Source: a virus | DNA length: 64,000 nt | Reading direction: 5' to 3' (one strand) | IMG/VR virus record: IMGVR_UViG_3300032286_000272 | Location: 2,962-66,961 of that record | Shown here: piece by piece, positions 44,654-54,454 of the stretch | Numbering within the stretch: the first letter of the stretch is position 1 | Layout: each line of letters begins with the position of its first letter | The notes under the pieces: model-generated | Seen by the model: only the letters and a program-made list of their open reading frames with translations | The model's database searches: none | Told to the model about the DNA's origin: nothing | Program-made: the position numbers and the translations under genes

Positions 44654-45739
44654 ATGTTGGACGCATTCAAACAATTAGTTGAGTCAGGAGTAATGTCAGA
44701 AGAAACACAATCTGTCATTGAATCTGCCTTTGCTACAAAAATTCAAGAGAATCGCGACCAAGTCAGCGCTGAACTTCGTGAAGAATTTGCACAAAAGTAT
44801 ACACATGACAAGACTGTTATGGTAGAAGCAATCGACAAGATGTTAAGCGAGAGATTGGCCGCAGAAATGGCCGAGTTGCTTACTGATAGAAAGGCTCTAG
44901 CGGAAGCTAAAGCTCAATATGAAGGAAAAATGACACAGGACTCTAAGAAGTTAGAGGGCTTTGTTATCAAGCAATTAGGTAAAGAGTTGGTAGAATTCCA
45001 AAGTGATCGCCGCAAGGTATCTGAGAATTTTACTAAATTAGAACAGTTTGTTGTACATGCTCTAGCCAAGGAAATCAACGAATTTGCAGAAGACAAGCGT
45101 GATCTAGCTGAAACAAAAGTTAAGTTAGTACGTGAAGCTAAAGGCAAGTTTGAAGAAATCCGTACGGCATTCATCAAGCGTAGTGCTAAGGTAGTTGAAA
45201 GCGCAGTAACTAAGAAGCTTACAACCGAGTTAACTCAGTTGAAAGAAGACGTAGAAGCTGCTCGTAACAACGATTTTGGCCGCCGCATTTATGAAGCATT
45301 TGCACAAGAATTCAGCGCTAGTTTCTTAAATGAAAAGTCTGAAACAAGTAAATTGTTAAAGATTATTCAGAAGAAGGAACAAGAGCTAGCTGAAGCACAA
45401 CAGAGTGTTGCAGAAACGCAGCAACTTGCAGAATCTAAGGACCGTGAATTACGTGTCACTAAAGATCTCATGGAGCGCAAATCTGTAATGTCTGAAATGT
45501 TAGCACCGTTAGGCGCTGACAAAAGAGAAGTAATGCAACAGTTGCTTGAAGGTGTACAAACTTCCAAGTTAAATGATGCATTTAACAAATACCTACCCGC
45601 AGTAATGGAAGGCGAGAGAAAAGTTACCAAAAAAACTGTGCTTGCAGAAAGCATGGAAGTAACTGGTAACCGTGAGACAAAGCCAGAGGTAGGCTTAGAT
45701 AACATTTTAGATATCCGCAAACTTGCGGGCCTAAAATAA
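44654..45739 (+). CDS. gp22: Prohead scaffold protein (gp22-like)
   Basis: Coiled-coil, Glu/Lys-rich protein between the protease and the major capsid protein. Confidence 0.8.
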   Translation: MLDAFKQLVESGVMSEETQSVIESAFATKIQENRDQVSAELREEFAQKYTHDKTVMVEAIDKMLSERLAAEMAELLTDRKALAEAKAQYEGKMTQDSKKLEGFVIKQLGKELVEFQSDRRKVSENFTKLEQFVVHALAKEINEFAEDKRDLAETKVKLVREAKGKFEEIRTAFIKRSAKVVESAVTKKLTTELTQLKEDVEAARNNDFGRRIYEAFAQEFSASFLNEKSETSKLLKIIQKKEQELAEAQQSVAETQQLAESKDRELRVTKDLMERKSVMSEMLAPLGADKREVMQQLLEGVQTSKLNDAFNKYLPAVMEGERKVTKKTVLAESMEVTGNRETKPEVGLDNILDIRKLAGLK

Positions 45740-45759
45740 TTATATTCAAGGAGACATAA

Positions 45760-46944
45760 ATGTCACAATTATTAAATGAAAGATGGTCCGAGACCAAAGG
45801 AGCTCTGCTTGAAGGCCTATCCGGTAACCGTAAAGCTTCTATGGATGTGTGCCTAGAAAATACACGTCGTTATTTGGCTGAAAGCGCTACAGCAGGTTCT
45901 ACAAGTGCAGGTAACATTGCAACACTTAACCGTGTTATTCTTCCAGTAATTCGTCGTGTTATGCCGACAGTTATTGCTAACGAAATCGTTGGTGTTCAGC
46001 CAATGACAGGTCCAGTTGCTCAGATTCATACACTACGTGTACGTTATGCTGACAGCGACAACCTAGTAAGCGCAGGCGAAGAGGCATTAAGCCCATTCAA
46101 GATCGCAGCTGGTTACTCTGGTAACGCTGATAGTGCATCTAACCCAAAGGCTAACACAACAGCCGCAATGGAAGGTACACCTGGTAAGCGTATGAGCATC
46201 CAGATTCTAAAGACTCCAGTTGAAGCAAAGAGCCGTAAGCTCAGCGCTCGTTGGACTTTTGAAGCTGCTCAAGATGCACAAGCCCAACAAGGTATTGACA
46301 TCGAAGCAGAAATCATGGCCGCTCTAGCACAAGAAATTACTGCTGAAATCGACCAAGAAATCTTGGCTAGCCTACGTGGCTTGGCTACTGTTGAAGAAAC
46401 ATATGACCAGTCATTAGTTTCTGGTACAGCTACGTTCGTTGGTGACGAGCACGCTGCTCTAGCTATCCAAATCAACCGTGTTGCTAACTTAATTGCTCAG
46501 CGTACACGTCGTGGTGCTGGTAACTGGGCTGTTGTTTCTAACCAAGCATTGACAATCCTACAATCTGCTACTACCAGCGCTTTTGCTCGTACTACAGAAG
46601 GTACATTCGAAGCTCCAACAAACACCAAGTTCGTTGGTACATTGAATGGTGCATTGCGTGTTTACGTTGACGCATACCTAGCTGACACAACTGCTCAGAA
46701 CGACAACCAAGTTCTAATCGGTTACAAAGGCGCTAGCGAAGCTGATGCTGCGGCATTCTATTGCCCATACATTCCGTTGATGAGTTCTGGAGTTGTTCTA
46801 GATCCAGCAACATTCGAACCAGTCGTTGGTTTCTTAACTCGTTACGGTTACGTTGAGTTGACAAACACTGCTTCTAGTTTGGGTAACGCTGCTGACTACC
46901 TAGGTAAAGTGTCTATCACTGCTGCCAAAGTTAGCTTCAAATAA
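45760..46944 (+). CDS. gp23: Major capsid protein (gp23)
   Basis: Motifs IRRVMPTVIANEIVGVQPMTGP, VEAKSRKL.ARWT.E.AQD, EITAEIDQEI, FYCPYIPL and DPATFEPVVGF.TRYG. Strong AAGGAG RBS. Confidence 0.97.
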   Translation: MSQLLNERWSETKGALLEGLSGNRKASMDVCLENTRRYLAESATAGSTSAGNIATLNRVILPVIRRVMPTVIANEIVGVQPMTGPVAQIHTLRVRYADSDNLVSAGEEALSPFKIAAGYSGNADSASNPKANTTAAMEGTPGKRMSIQILKTPVEAKSRKLSARWTFEAAQDAQAQQGIDIEAEIMAALAQEITAEIDQEILASLRGLATVEETYDQSLVSGTATFVGDEHAALAIQINRVANLIAQRTRRGAGNWAVVSNQALTILQSATTSAFARTTEGTFEAPTNTKFVGTLNGALRVYVDAYLADTTAQNDNQVLIGYKGASEADAAAFYCPYIPLMSSGVVLDPATFEPVVGFLTRYGYVELTNTASSLGNAADYLGKVSITAAKVSFK

Positions 46945-46968
46945 TCAACTGCTAAAAGCAAAACAATC

Positions 46969-46990
46969 AACCCGCTTCGGCGGGTTTTTT
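46969..46990 (+). terminator. Rho-independent terminator after the capsid gene
   Basis: AACCCGC-TTCG-GCGGGTT followed by a T tract. Confidence 0.9.
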
Positions 46991-47002
46991 GTTGATCAAG
47001 CA

Positions 47003-47009
47003 ATAAATA
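47003..47009 (+). promoter_or_regulatory. Late promoter (ATAAATA)
   Basis: Directly after the terminator and upstream of the structured leader. Confidence 0.7.
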
Positions 47010-47013
47010 CACT

Positions 47014-47065
47014 GTTCGCTCCGAAAGGGGAGTTTATGCGGTCCCCACCGCGTAGGCAATAGAAC
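47014..47065 (+). promoter_or_regulatory. Candidate structured 5' leader (three-way junction)
   Basis: GTTC..GAAC closing stem, CTCC-GAAA-GGGG hairpin and GTTTATGCGG-tcccca-CCGCGTAGGC hairpin. GC-rich island. Confidence 0.55.
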
Positions 47066-47089
47066 TGTCTATATTTTAAGGAGAAAAAA

Positions 47090-48259
47090 ATGGGACGTCC
47101 AATTAAAAAGAGTTTTTTTGCTAACTTGAGCAGCCCTTATCAGGATCATGCTACAGGTGGCCCAACAGGTGAAGGCGGTGAAGGAGTTGCTAGTGTAACA
47201 ATTACTACAACTGGATCTTACACAGCTACAATTCCTACAGTGAGTTTTGCTACTCCTGATTTATATCTAGGAACAACAGCAACTGGTGTTGTGCATGTTA
47301 AATCATTAAGTGCTAGCACAACAGCAAATGGTAATGGTTATACACTGGGTCAAACATTAAGTGTTTCTGGTGGTACAAAGAGTACTACAGCAACTTTTAC
47401 AACAACCGCAGTTGTAGTTGCAGCCATTACAAAAACAGCTAACGGATCGCTTTATGACAACGACAATGAAATTTGGTTTGACAGCGCAGGCTGGTCAGTA
47501 CCTCTAAAACTTGATGTTGTTAGTAATATAGGCGGTGCATTAGATACATTTACAGTATTGCAGTACGGTGTATGGAATGGCCCCGGCGCTGCTCCAACTA
47601 CTCTGACTGCTACTACAAGTAACACTCGTGGTGGTGTTGATCAAAACGCTACTGGCGCGGTATTCACATTGACATACGGTGTTTATTCTTTCAGCAGCCC
47701 AGTAGTAGTCGGTGATTATACAGCTATTCCTGCTAATCCAGCAAGCTTCACAGGAGCATCAGGTTCAGGAGCAACTGCTGAAATAGCATGGGGTGTACGC
47801 AGTGTTGAAGTTACTAATTCAGGTAGCCACTATGTTAGTGTAGCCGATGCAGCAGTAACATTTTCTAGCGGTACAGCAGCAGGTACATCTGTATTAACTG
47901 CTTTAAATGATCAAGGTATTGCAGCTTACGCTTATATTGTTGACGGTGTAGAAGGTTCTATTGTTGATATCATGAAACAAGAAGCTAGTCGTCGTTATCT
48001 AGTTAAAGAGCGTTCTGGCGTACAAGGTCAGTGCAAACTAGTTGCTAAAGCAGCCGGCGATTTAAACGTAGGCGAAATGTGCATCATTGCAACAGATACA
48101 TTAGGTAGCACATATTATGTTACAAAATTAACAACACACAGAGCAGTCTTATCTCGAGCTAACAACGGCGGCAGTGGATATTCTTTTGCCACAGGTGATG
48201 TAGCAGGATGGAATATTACTACTCCAGCAACAGGTGTTGTTACTATTACCACTGTCTAA
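47090..48259 (+). CDS. Virion structural protein (possible head decoration/fibre)
   Basis: Thr/Gly/Ala-rich beta-type composition, late promoter and strong RBS, directly after gp23. Confidence 0.6.
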   Translation: MGRPIKKSFFANLSSPYQDHATGGPTGEGGEGVASVTITTTGSYTATIPTVSFATPDLYLGTTATGVVHVKSLSASTTANGNGYTLGQTLSVSGGTKSTTATFTTTAVVVAAITKTANGSLYDNDNEIWFDSAGWSVPLKLDVVSNIGGALDTFTVLQYGVWNGPGAAPTTLTATTSNTRGGVDQNATGAVFTLTYGVYSFSSPVVVGDYTAIPANPASFTGASGSGATAEIAWGVRSVEVTNSGSHYVSVADAAVTFSSGTAAGTSVLTALNDQGIAAYAYIVDGVEGSIVDIMKQEASRRYLVKERSGVQGQCKLVAKAAGDLNVGEMCIIATDTLGSTYYVTKLTTHRAVLSRANNGGSGYSFATGDVAGWNITTPATGVVTITTV

Positions 48260-48277
48260 AATTTATTTTAGCACAAC

Positions 48278-48302
48278 AAAAAGGCTCTTTGGAGCCTTTT
48301 TT
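48278..48302 (+). terminator. Rho-independent terminator (possibly bidirectional)
   Basis: AAAAAGGCTC-TTTG-GAGCCTTTTTT. Confidence 0.85.
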
Positions 48303-48329
48303 ATTGACTGCGTATAAAAAATATTTAGG

Positions 48330-48335
48330 TAAATA
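48330..48335 (+). promoter_or_regulatory. Late promoter (TAAATA)
   Basis: Reads TAAATA-ctggt-ATG (48341). Confidence 0.6.
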
Positions 48336-48340
48336 CTGGT

Positions 48341-48868
48341 ATGACTACTCCTTGGACCAATCCCACAACTGTAATTCAATTTGCAGAAGCTAGCGCAGAA
48401 AATGTTCATATACCGTGGGATAGTTCTAATAATTTTGCAGGAATGATGAACGACAACGAACAAGGTGTTGGATCAATGGATCCTTTATATCATCACGCTC
48501 GCAGTCCCGAAGTTGACATAAACAGTAAAACTTATTATATAAGAGCAACTGGATATAACTTTCAAAACTTACCAAATATTATTTTGGGTATAGCAGTAAG
48601 ATTAAAAACTAAACGTGGCGGGAGAGTTACAGACGATACTGTTCAGCTTTGTTTAAGTGGAGAAGAAATTGGAGATAATCGTGCGGATTTAATAGTAAAT
48701 CCGTTAAAGTATTATGGAGGAAATAGTGATTTGTGGGGAATAGAAAGTATAAGGCTAGTCGATGTTCAAGACAGCTCTTTTGGAGTAACACTTCGATTCA
48801 AGAGTCATCCTCGATACCCACATCGTGATGCTGTATTCATTGACAGCGTACAAATACGAATTTACTAA
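48341..48868 (+). CDS. Hypothetical late protein (beta-sandwich-like)
   Basis: 175-aa ORF with late promoter. Motifs I.GI.V, YGG..DLWG and FIDSVQIRIY. Confidence 0.65.
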   Translation: MTTPWTNPTTVIQFAEASAENVHIPWDSSNNFAGMMNDNEQGVGSMDPLYHHARSPEVDINSKTYYIRATGYNFQNLPNIILGIAVRLKTKRGGRVTDDTVQLCLSGEEIGDNRADLIVNPLKYYGGNSDLWGIESIRLVDVQDSSFGVTLRFKSHPRYPHRDAVFIDSVQIRIY

Positions 48869-48872
48869 TCTA

Positions 48873-48879
48873 ATAAATA
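48873..48879 (+). promoter_or_regulatory. Late promoter (ATAAATA)
   Basis: Followed by an AAGGA RBS and ATG 48897. Confidence 0.65.
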
Positions 48880-48896
48880 CTCTAAAGGAATAGATA

Positions 48897-51800
48897 ATGG
48901 CCATTAGAAGAGTCACTGGAACAGTACAGTATAATCCAACAAGCAACGAAACCGTTATTCGATCGCCTAATAGTACCGTTTCTATTGAAGCATCGAATTT
49001 TACAGTTCAGAACGCTGCCACCAGTCCTGCGTTTAATGTGGCTGCAACCGGTACAATTGGAAGCAACAGTATATATGTTGCCAGCAAGACATCTATTAGA
49101 CCGGGTCTTGTAGTAACGGGTCAAGGAATTACTAGTCCTACAACTGTTACCAGTGTAAGTTCAATTACCAACGAAGTAATTTTACTAGACGCTAACACTG
49201 CAACGTTCAGTTCTATCTTAACATTTACAGATTACGGATCTGGTGTATACTCTGCATTTCCTAGCTCGTTAAGAGTTACAGCAGACGCAAGTAACGTAGG
49301 AAATCCTACTGGACGACCATACGATCCTAACAATATTTACGACACACCACAAAATCGTCAATTAGGTTCTGTGTACATTGCTGGCGGTGTAGGTATTGAA
49401 AAAGACTTAAACGTAGGTGGTTTCATTTATGGACGTATTTCAGAGGCTATTACCAGTACACAATTAGTAGTTACTGCTACTAATATCGATGCAACATTCT
49501 ATCCGACGTTTATTCAAAATTTCTCCAGCGGTGCAGGCAATCAACTTTTTGGAGATAACACTGGTACCTTTAGTGGCTTAACTTATAATCCTGCTAAGGG
49601 GTTGTTAAGAGTTGAGCAGGTCAATGTTACTTCTAGCACACAAAGTACCAGTACAACTACTGGTGCACTGACCGTAAAGGGCGGTGTTGGCATCGAAGGC
49701 AATTTGACTGTTGATGATATCTATACCAAAGTTCTTAGCAGCTTAGGAAGCAAGATACAGATTCGTCCTGAAGAACCTCTAACAGAAATTTACGGTGACA
49801 TTAGAGTACTCAATGGAACTAATCCTATCGGTACCGCTCCAGTAGTTACTAATGTATTATATGTTACAATGGATGGCGATGATACCAATGACGGCCGCGC
49901 ACAAGATCCTAGTCGCGCATGTCGTACCATTAATGGAGCAACTAATAGTCCATATTATCAACCTGGTACACAGATCCGTGTGTCGCCCGGAATCTATTTA
50001 GAAGACAATCCAATTAGACTGAAGCCGTATACCAGTGTCATGGGTAGTGATATCCGTACTACTAGTGTTGAGCCTATCAACAAAACACAAGACCTGTTTC
50101 ATTTAGATAGCGGATGCTATTTGGCGTTCATGCAATTTTTAAATGGACGCAGTGGATTGTTAGAAGGCAATTATGCTCCGGGAACTAATAGAGGTGCTTA
50201 TGCAACAGCATTTCCTCCATTAGAAGGCGATGCACGTATTGACCTATTCCACTCGCCGTATGTACAAAACTGTACCAATTTAAGTGGACCTTGGCTAAAG
50301 GATGGAACAATATTTGTTCCTAACCAAACGGTACAAATTCCGTTGGCAGTTGGCACAGGAACTTGGGCTGCATACACTACCACTATCGTAGTTAATGCAT
50401 CAACCGGCACTATAGAATTAGGTATGGCAATTAATGCAGGGCAACAAAATCCTGGATTCTTTAATGCACGTACTTTGATGTTGGCTAACAAACCGTTCCT
50501 TCAAGAGCAAGTGATTGCTTATATCAATCAAGAGATTTTAGCCAACGTTGCCAATACATCTAGCATCTGGTACGGGTTCACGTATGCACAGGAAGAATAC
50601 TATCGAGACATTGGTATTCTTCTAGAAAACGTTGCATACGATGCTGCATTTGGCGGCAACCAAAAGTCAAGAGAGACTGGACTATCATATTATGACGGTG
50701 TCATAAGTGCGATTGCTGGCGAAGAACAACAAACCGCAGCAGCCATAACGTATCTAAATACTCTTACTCAGCAGGTTATAACAAATACTACCTGTACTGA
50801 CTTATTAGTGGGTGCAGGCGATTATGATCAAATTATTAATTGGGTCTTAATTGATGGACAAATTTCAAGTTCTAGTATTGACAGTCTATTTGCGATCATT
50901 AAAGATATTATTATTAATGGTCCAGATGTTGCACCTGCTCCTTATACCAGTACAGGACCAGACGCTGCCTACGTTAGTGCAGAAATATTAATGCAGGCTA
51001 ATCGTGCTTTTATTCAAGAAGATACGATTAACTACATTAATCAAACAGTTAAGCAGTTTCCGTATAGTAAAGTTGAATATAAAAGAGACTTTGGTCTAAC
51101 TATTGATAGTATTGCAAATGACTTGTTGCATCCTACACCAGAGTTTAGTCAAAGTAATTTTTCTGGATTACAATATTGGACTCAGACTAGTTACGCCGGA
51201 ACTATTGGTCAAGAAATAACTACAGCAACTGCTGCTATTAACTATCTAAAAGAGTTAACTAGAAAAGCAATCTTGCATGTAACTGAAGCAGATGATGCTA
51301 TTATTGGAGTTACACGATATCAAACAGGTACTGTACAGGTTACTACAATTCAACCAGGAACACAGGTAGAAGTAGATACTGTTTATGGGTTATTCAACAA
51401 GTTTATTTCTATAATTGGCGGCAACAAATTAGGCTGGCCAGATAAAATTATTGCTAACGGTACTGCTAGTAATTTCTTAAGTGTGCAACAGAGCTACGAT
51501 CTATTACAAGCTAACAAAAATTATTTTAAAGAAGAAGTAATTGCTTATATAGAAACAGAAAGTCCTGGCTTCGTATATTCGAGCTCTACATATAGAACAG
51601 AAATTAGTAATTTAGTTGATAGTATTAGTTTTGATCTATTGCACGGCGGAAATCGCCAAAGCATCCAATCTGGATTAGAATATTATACATTTACATCTAC
51701 TGCTTCTTTAATTCAAGGTCAAGAAGTTCAGACAGTTGCTGCATATAATCGTCTAGCTAGCTTGGTCAGTAGTGTTATTCAAAACAATCCAATTACGCCA

Positions 51801-54443
51801 ATTCAAACCGATGTAGTTCAAAAGTTTAATTATGATTCAGCTACCGTAAGCGAAGTTAATAAATTGACACGGGCTATTAATACTGTAACTGCTATTATTT
51901 CTAGTGGGCCAAGTGTTGCAAATCCTCTAGTGCCAATTAGCACAGCAACTAGCACAGATATAAATGTTATAAATGCTTGGTACAATATTTACGATAACAA
52001 AGAATTCTTAAAAGAAGAAATAATTGCATGGATGGATCAAACATATAATCCTAACAGCTTCCAATACAATGAAGAAAAATGTTATAGGGACATTGGATTA
52101 ATTGTTGATGCAGTGAGTCAAGACATTCTTTTAGGTGGCAATCAACGCAGCGTTGAGGCAGGGTTAAGCTATTGGAATTTAGGTTTTAATTATGTTCAAG
52201 GACAGGTTACCACAACAACAATGGCAATTAACTATGCTAAAGATCTAGCGTTAGATATTATTGCCAATACTTCTATTACACCGCAGACTCAAACTAATGC
52301 TGTACAGGTGATCAATACTTTCTTCCAATACGGCGGCGATTATATGCCGCAACAGGCAGTAACTCGTAATTTTGGAATCATCACTGATATTATAACAAGA
52401 GGTCCTTTGTATGCGCCTCCGGTCTATGCCGGCGGTGGCGTGTTTGCATTGACAGGTATTAATGGATTAGATGTTAAAATTTCTCCTACAATTACCAGCG
52501 TTAATACAATTACTACCGGCACATATTTGTTAGGACTAAGCACAGCTACAATCGGATTTGGTAATAATGCTACATTGTATTTTGGTAATACAGCAGTGTA
52601 TCCTGCATTAGACAGTGAAGTTGATGAACTAAGTCTAGAACTTACAGGCAGTACCAGCACATGGAATCAGCGTAAAGTTGATCCAATAGGCGGTATGGGA
52701 GGTAGTCTTGTAGATGGTAAAGTTATTAGTACACGCAGTCCTATCCAATCATTTGTTTACGATGCGTATACACAGCTGACACAAGGCGGCCGAGGCATAC
52801 ACATTACTAATGACGGGTACGCTCAGTTAGTTTCTGTGTTTACTATCTTCTCATCAGTTGGTGTTCAAACAGATAATGGCGGCATTGCTTCTATTGTTAA
52901 CAGTAATGCTAACTTTGGTGACATTTGTTTATTGTCCAAGGGATACGGCAAACGTAAATTCTCTGGAACAGTTTTCAATCCTTCATTTAGAGCGTACCCA
53001 AGAAGTTCAGGACCAGACGGATTTGATCAATACTTTCCATTTGGTTACTGGCCAAATGGTGCAAGAGTAGAAATATTCTGTCCTAATTTAGACAACAGAC
53101 CTCACATCAGTTTGGTAATGGAAGTAGAACCTCCAGACAACTATTTTGATGCATCGGGTAACACAGTTCCATTTATAAATGAACAGGGTTTTCCGGGGTT
53201 CTTGAATGCAACTCCAAGCAAGCCAGCTCTTAATACAGGAACTATTACAATTACTGACATAGATACTGACGGTGTTTATGTAGGTAACACTGTTTATATT
53301 AGAGATCAAAATAACAGCATAACAGGACCAGGCGGCAACTTATACGCCGACACCGGCACAGTGGTCACCGACATTGGTTATAGAAGCATCACTCTAAGTA
53401 ATGCTCTAACAGATGGCGGTAGTGATCCTACTTTTGGAGAAGCCAACACAGAATGGTTCACGTTATATTTCTGCGGTAATAGTTATTACACAGTATTAAG
53501 CAGTACAATTGCTGATAATCCAACAGAAACTGGTACCAATGTACTTGCAGTATCTACATTGACTGGAATTACAGTTAGTCAAGTTGCCGCACACATTGAT
53601 TCTATACAACATCTTAATGTAATTGTAGATCAAATAATTGATAATCAAACAGTGTCTTCAGCAGCCGGCACAACTGAAACTCAAGTTAAAGATTTATTAA
53701 TTTCTGGCGGAGCAAATGCAACAACGTTTATTGACACTAGATTTACAGAAATAGTTAATATTTTAGGTGCTGCTAATGTTACTGCTGCTGAAGCTGTTGT
53801 TCCTGCTAAATTTAGATCAGCAAACGGAACAATTCCTACAGGCGCAGGCAGTGCTGTTGCATTGTTAGAAAAAAATAGAACATTTATTGTTGACGAAGTT
53901 TCTAACTATGTTATAAACACTAACTTAGGTGGAGTTGTAGGAACTTACAATATTGAAAAATGCAAGAGAGATATTGATTTAATCTTAACAAGATTAATTT
54001 ACGATCTTGAAAGTGGTGGCAACTTAAATAGCGTACTTGTAGGTCTAAGTTATTGGTCTAGAAACGGTACTCATCACATTGTTCAGTTGGGCGAAAACGT
54101 AAGGCGTAACGACTTGTTCCCAGACGGCTCCGTTGTTAATTTCTATCAACGAAGCTATATGAGTGCAAGCGGATATGTATTTGAATATGTAGGTGCTGGA
54201 ACTAATTACGGTAGTCTGCCACAGGTTGGACGAGCTGATCCTGTACAAGGTAGGGAAGTTGTTCAGTTAAATAGTGGTAAGGTGTTCTTTACCAGCACTG
54301 ACCAAAACGGCGATTTCCGTATTGGCCCAGGGTTAGTAATCAGTCAAGCAACTGGCGTATTATCAGGAAGAACATTTACCAAGAGTTTATTTGCTAACAT
54401 GACACCGTTTATTCTAGCAATTGAAGGTGTCGGCGGAGGTTAA
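48897..54443 (+). CDS. Large structural protein with pectin-lyase-like beta-helix and helical repeats (spike/fibre)
   Basis: VLYVTMDGDDTNDG..ACRTI..IRVSPG.Y.E..P...VMGSD.R is a beta-helix entry motif. Also SPYVQNCT, five RD..GGN..G..Y helical repeats and C-terminal STDQNGDFRIG. Confidence 0.7.
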   Translation: MAIRRVTGTVQYNPTSNETVIRSPNSTVSIEASNFTVQNAATSPAFNVAATGTIGSNSIYVASKTSIRPGLVVTGQGITSPTTVTSVSSITNEVILLDANTATFSSILTFTDYGSGVYSAFPSSLRVTADASNVGNPTGRPYDPNNIYDTPQNRQLGSVYIAGGVGIEKDLNVGGFIYGRISEAITSTQLVVTATNIDATFYPTFIQNFSSGAGNQLFGDNTGTFSGLTYNPAKGLLRVEQVNVTSSTQSTSTTTGALTVKGGVGIEGNLTVDDIYTKVLSSLGSKIQIRPEEPLTEIYGDIRVLNGTNPIGTAPVVTNVLYVTMDGDDTNDGRAQDPSRACRTINGATNSPYYQPGTQIRVSPGIYLEDNPIRLKPYTSVMGSDIRTTSVEPINKTQDLFHLDSGCYLAFMQFLNGRSGLLEGNYAPGTNRGAYATAFPPLEGDARIDLFHSPYVQNCTNLSGPWLKDGTIFVPNQTVQIPLAVGTGTWAAYTTTIVVNASTGTIELGMAINAGQQNPGFFNARTLMLANKPFLQEQVIAYINQEILANVANTSSIWYGFTYAQEEYYRDIGILLENVAYDAAFGGNQKSRETGLSYYDGVISAIAGEEQQTAAAITYLNTLTQQVITNTTCTDLLVGAGDYDQIINWVLIDGQISSSSIDSLFAIIKDIIINGPDVAPAPYTSTGPDAAYVSAEILMQANRAFIQEDTINYINQTVKQFPYSKVEYKRDFGLTIDSIANDLLHPTPEFSQSNFSGLQYWTQTSYAGTIGQEITTATAAINYLKELTRKAILHVTEADDAIIGVTRYQTGTVQVTTIQPGTQVEVDTVYGLFNKFISIIGGNKLGWPDKIIANGTASNFLSVQQSYDLLQANKNYFKEEVIAYIETESPGFVYSSSTYRTEISNLVDSISFDLLHGGNRQSIQSGLEYYTFTSTASLIQGQEVQTVAAYNRLASLVSSVIQNNPITPIQTDVVQKFNYDSATVSEVNKLTRAINTVTAIISSGPSVANPLVPISTATSTDINVINAWYNIYDNKEFLKEEIIAWMDQTYNPNSFQYNEEKCYRDIGLIVDAVSQDILLGGNQRSVEAGLSYWNLGFNYVQGQVTTTTMAINYAKDLALDIIANTSITPQTQTNAVQVINTFFQYGGDYMPQQAVTRNFGIITDIITRGPLYAPPVYAGGGVFALTGINGLDVKISPTITSVNTITTGTYLLGLSTATIGFGNNATLYFGNTAVYPALDSEVDELSLELTGSTSTWNQRKVDPIGGMGGSLVDGKVISTRSPIQSFVYDAYTQLTQGGRGIHITNDGYAQLVSVFTIFSSVGVQTDNGGIASIVNSNANFGDICLLSKGYGKRKFSGTVFNPSFRAYPRSSGPDGFDQYFPFGYWPNGARVEIFCPNLDNRPHISLVMEVEPPDNYFDASGNTVPFINEQGFPGFLNATPSKPALNTGTITITDIDTDGVYVGNTVYIRDQNNSITGPGGNLYADTGTVVTDIGYRSITLSNALTDGGSDPTFGEANTEWFTLYFCGNSYYTVLSSTIADNPTETGTNVLAVSTLTGITVSQVAAHIDSIQHLNVIVDQIIDNQTVSSAAGTTETQVKDLLISGGANATTFIDTRFTEIVNILGAANVTAAEAVVPAKFRSANGTIPTGAGSAVALLEKNRTFIVDEVSNYVINTNLGGVVGTYNIEKCKRDIDLILTRLIYDLESGGNLNSVLVGLSYWSRNGTHHIVQLGENVRRNDLFPDGSVVNFYQRSYMSASGYVFEYVGAGTNYGSLPQVGRADPVQGREVVQLNSGKVFFTSTDQNGDFRIGPGLVISQATGVLSGRTFTKSLFANMTPFILAIEGVGGG

Positions 54444-54454
54444 AAGGAAGAATT

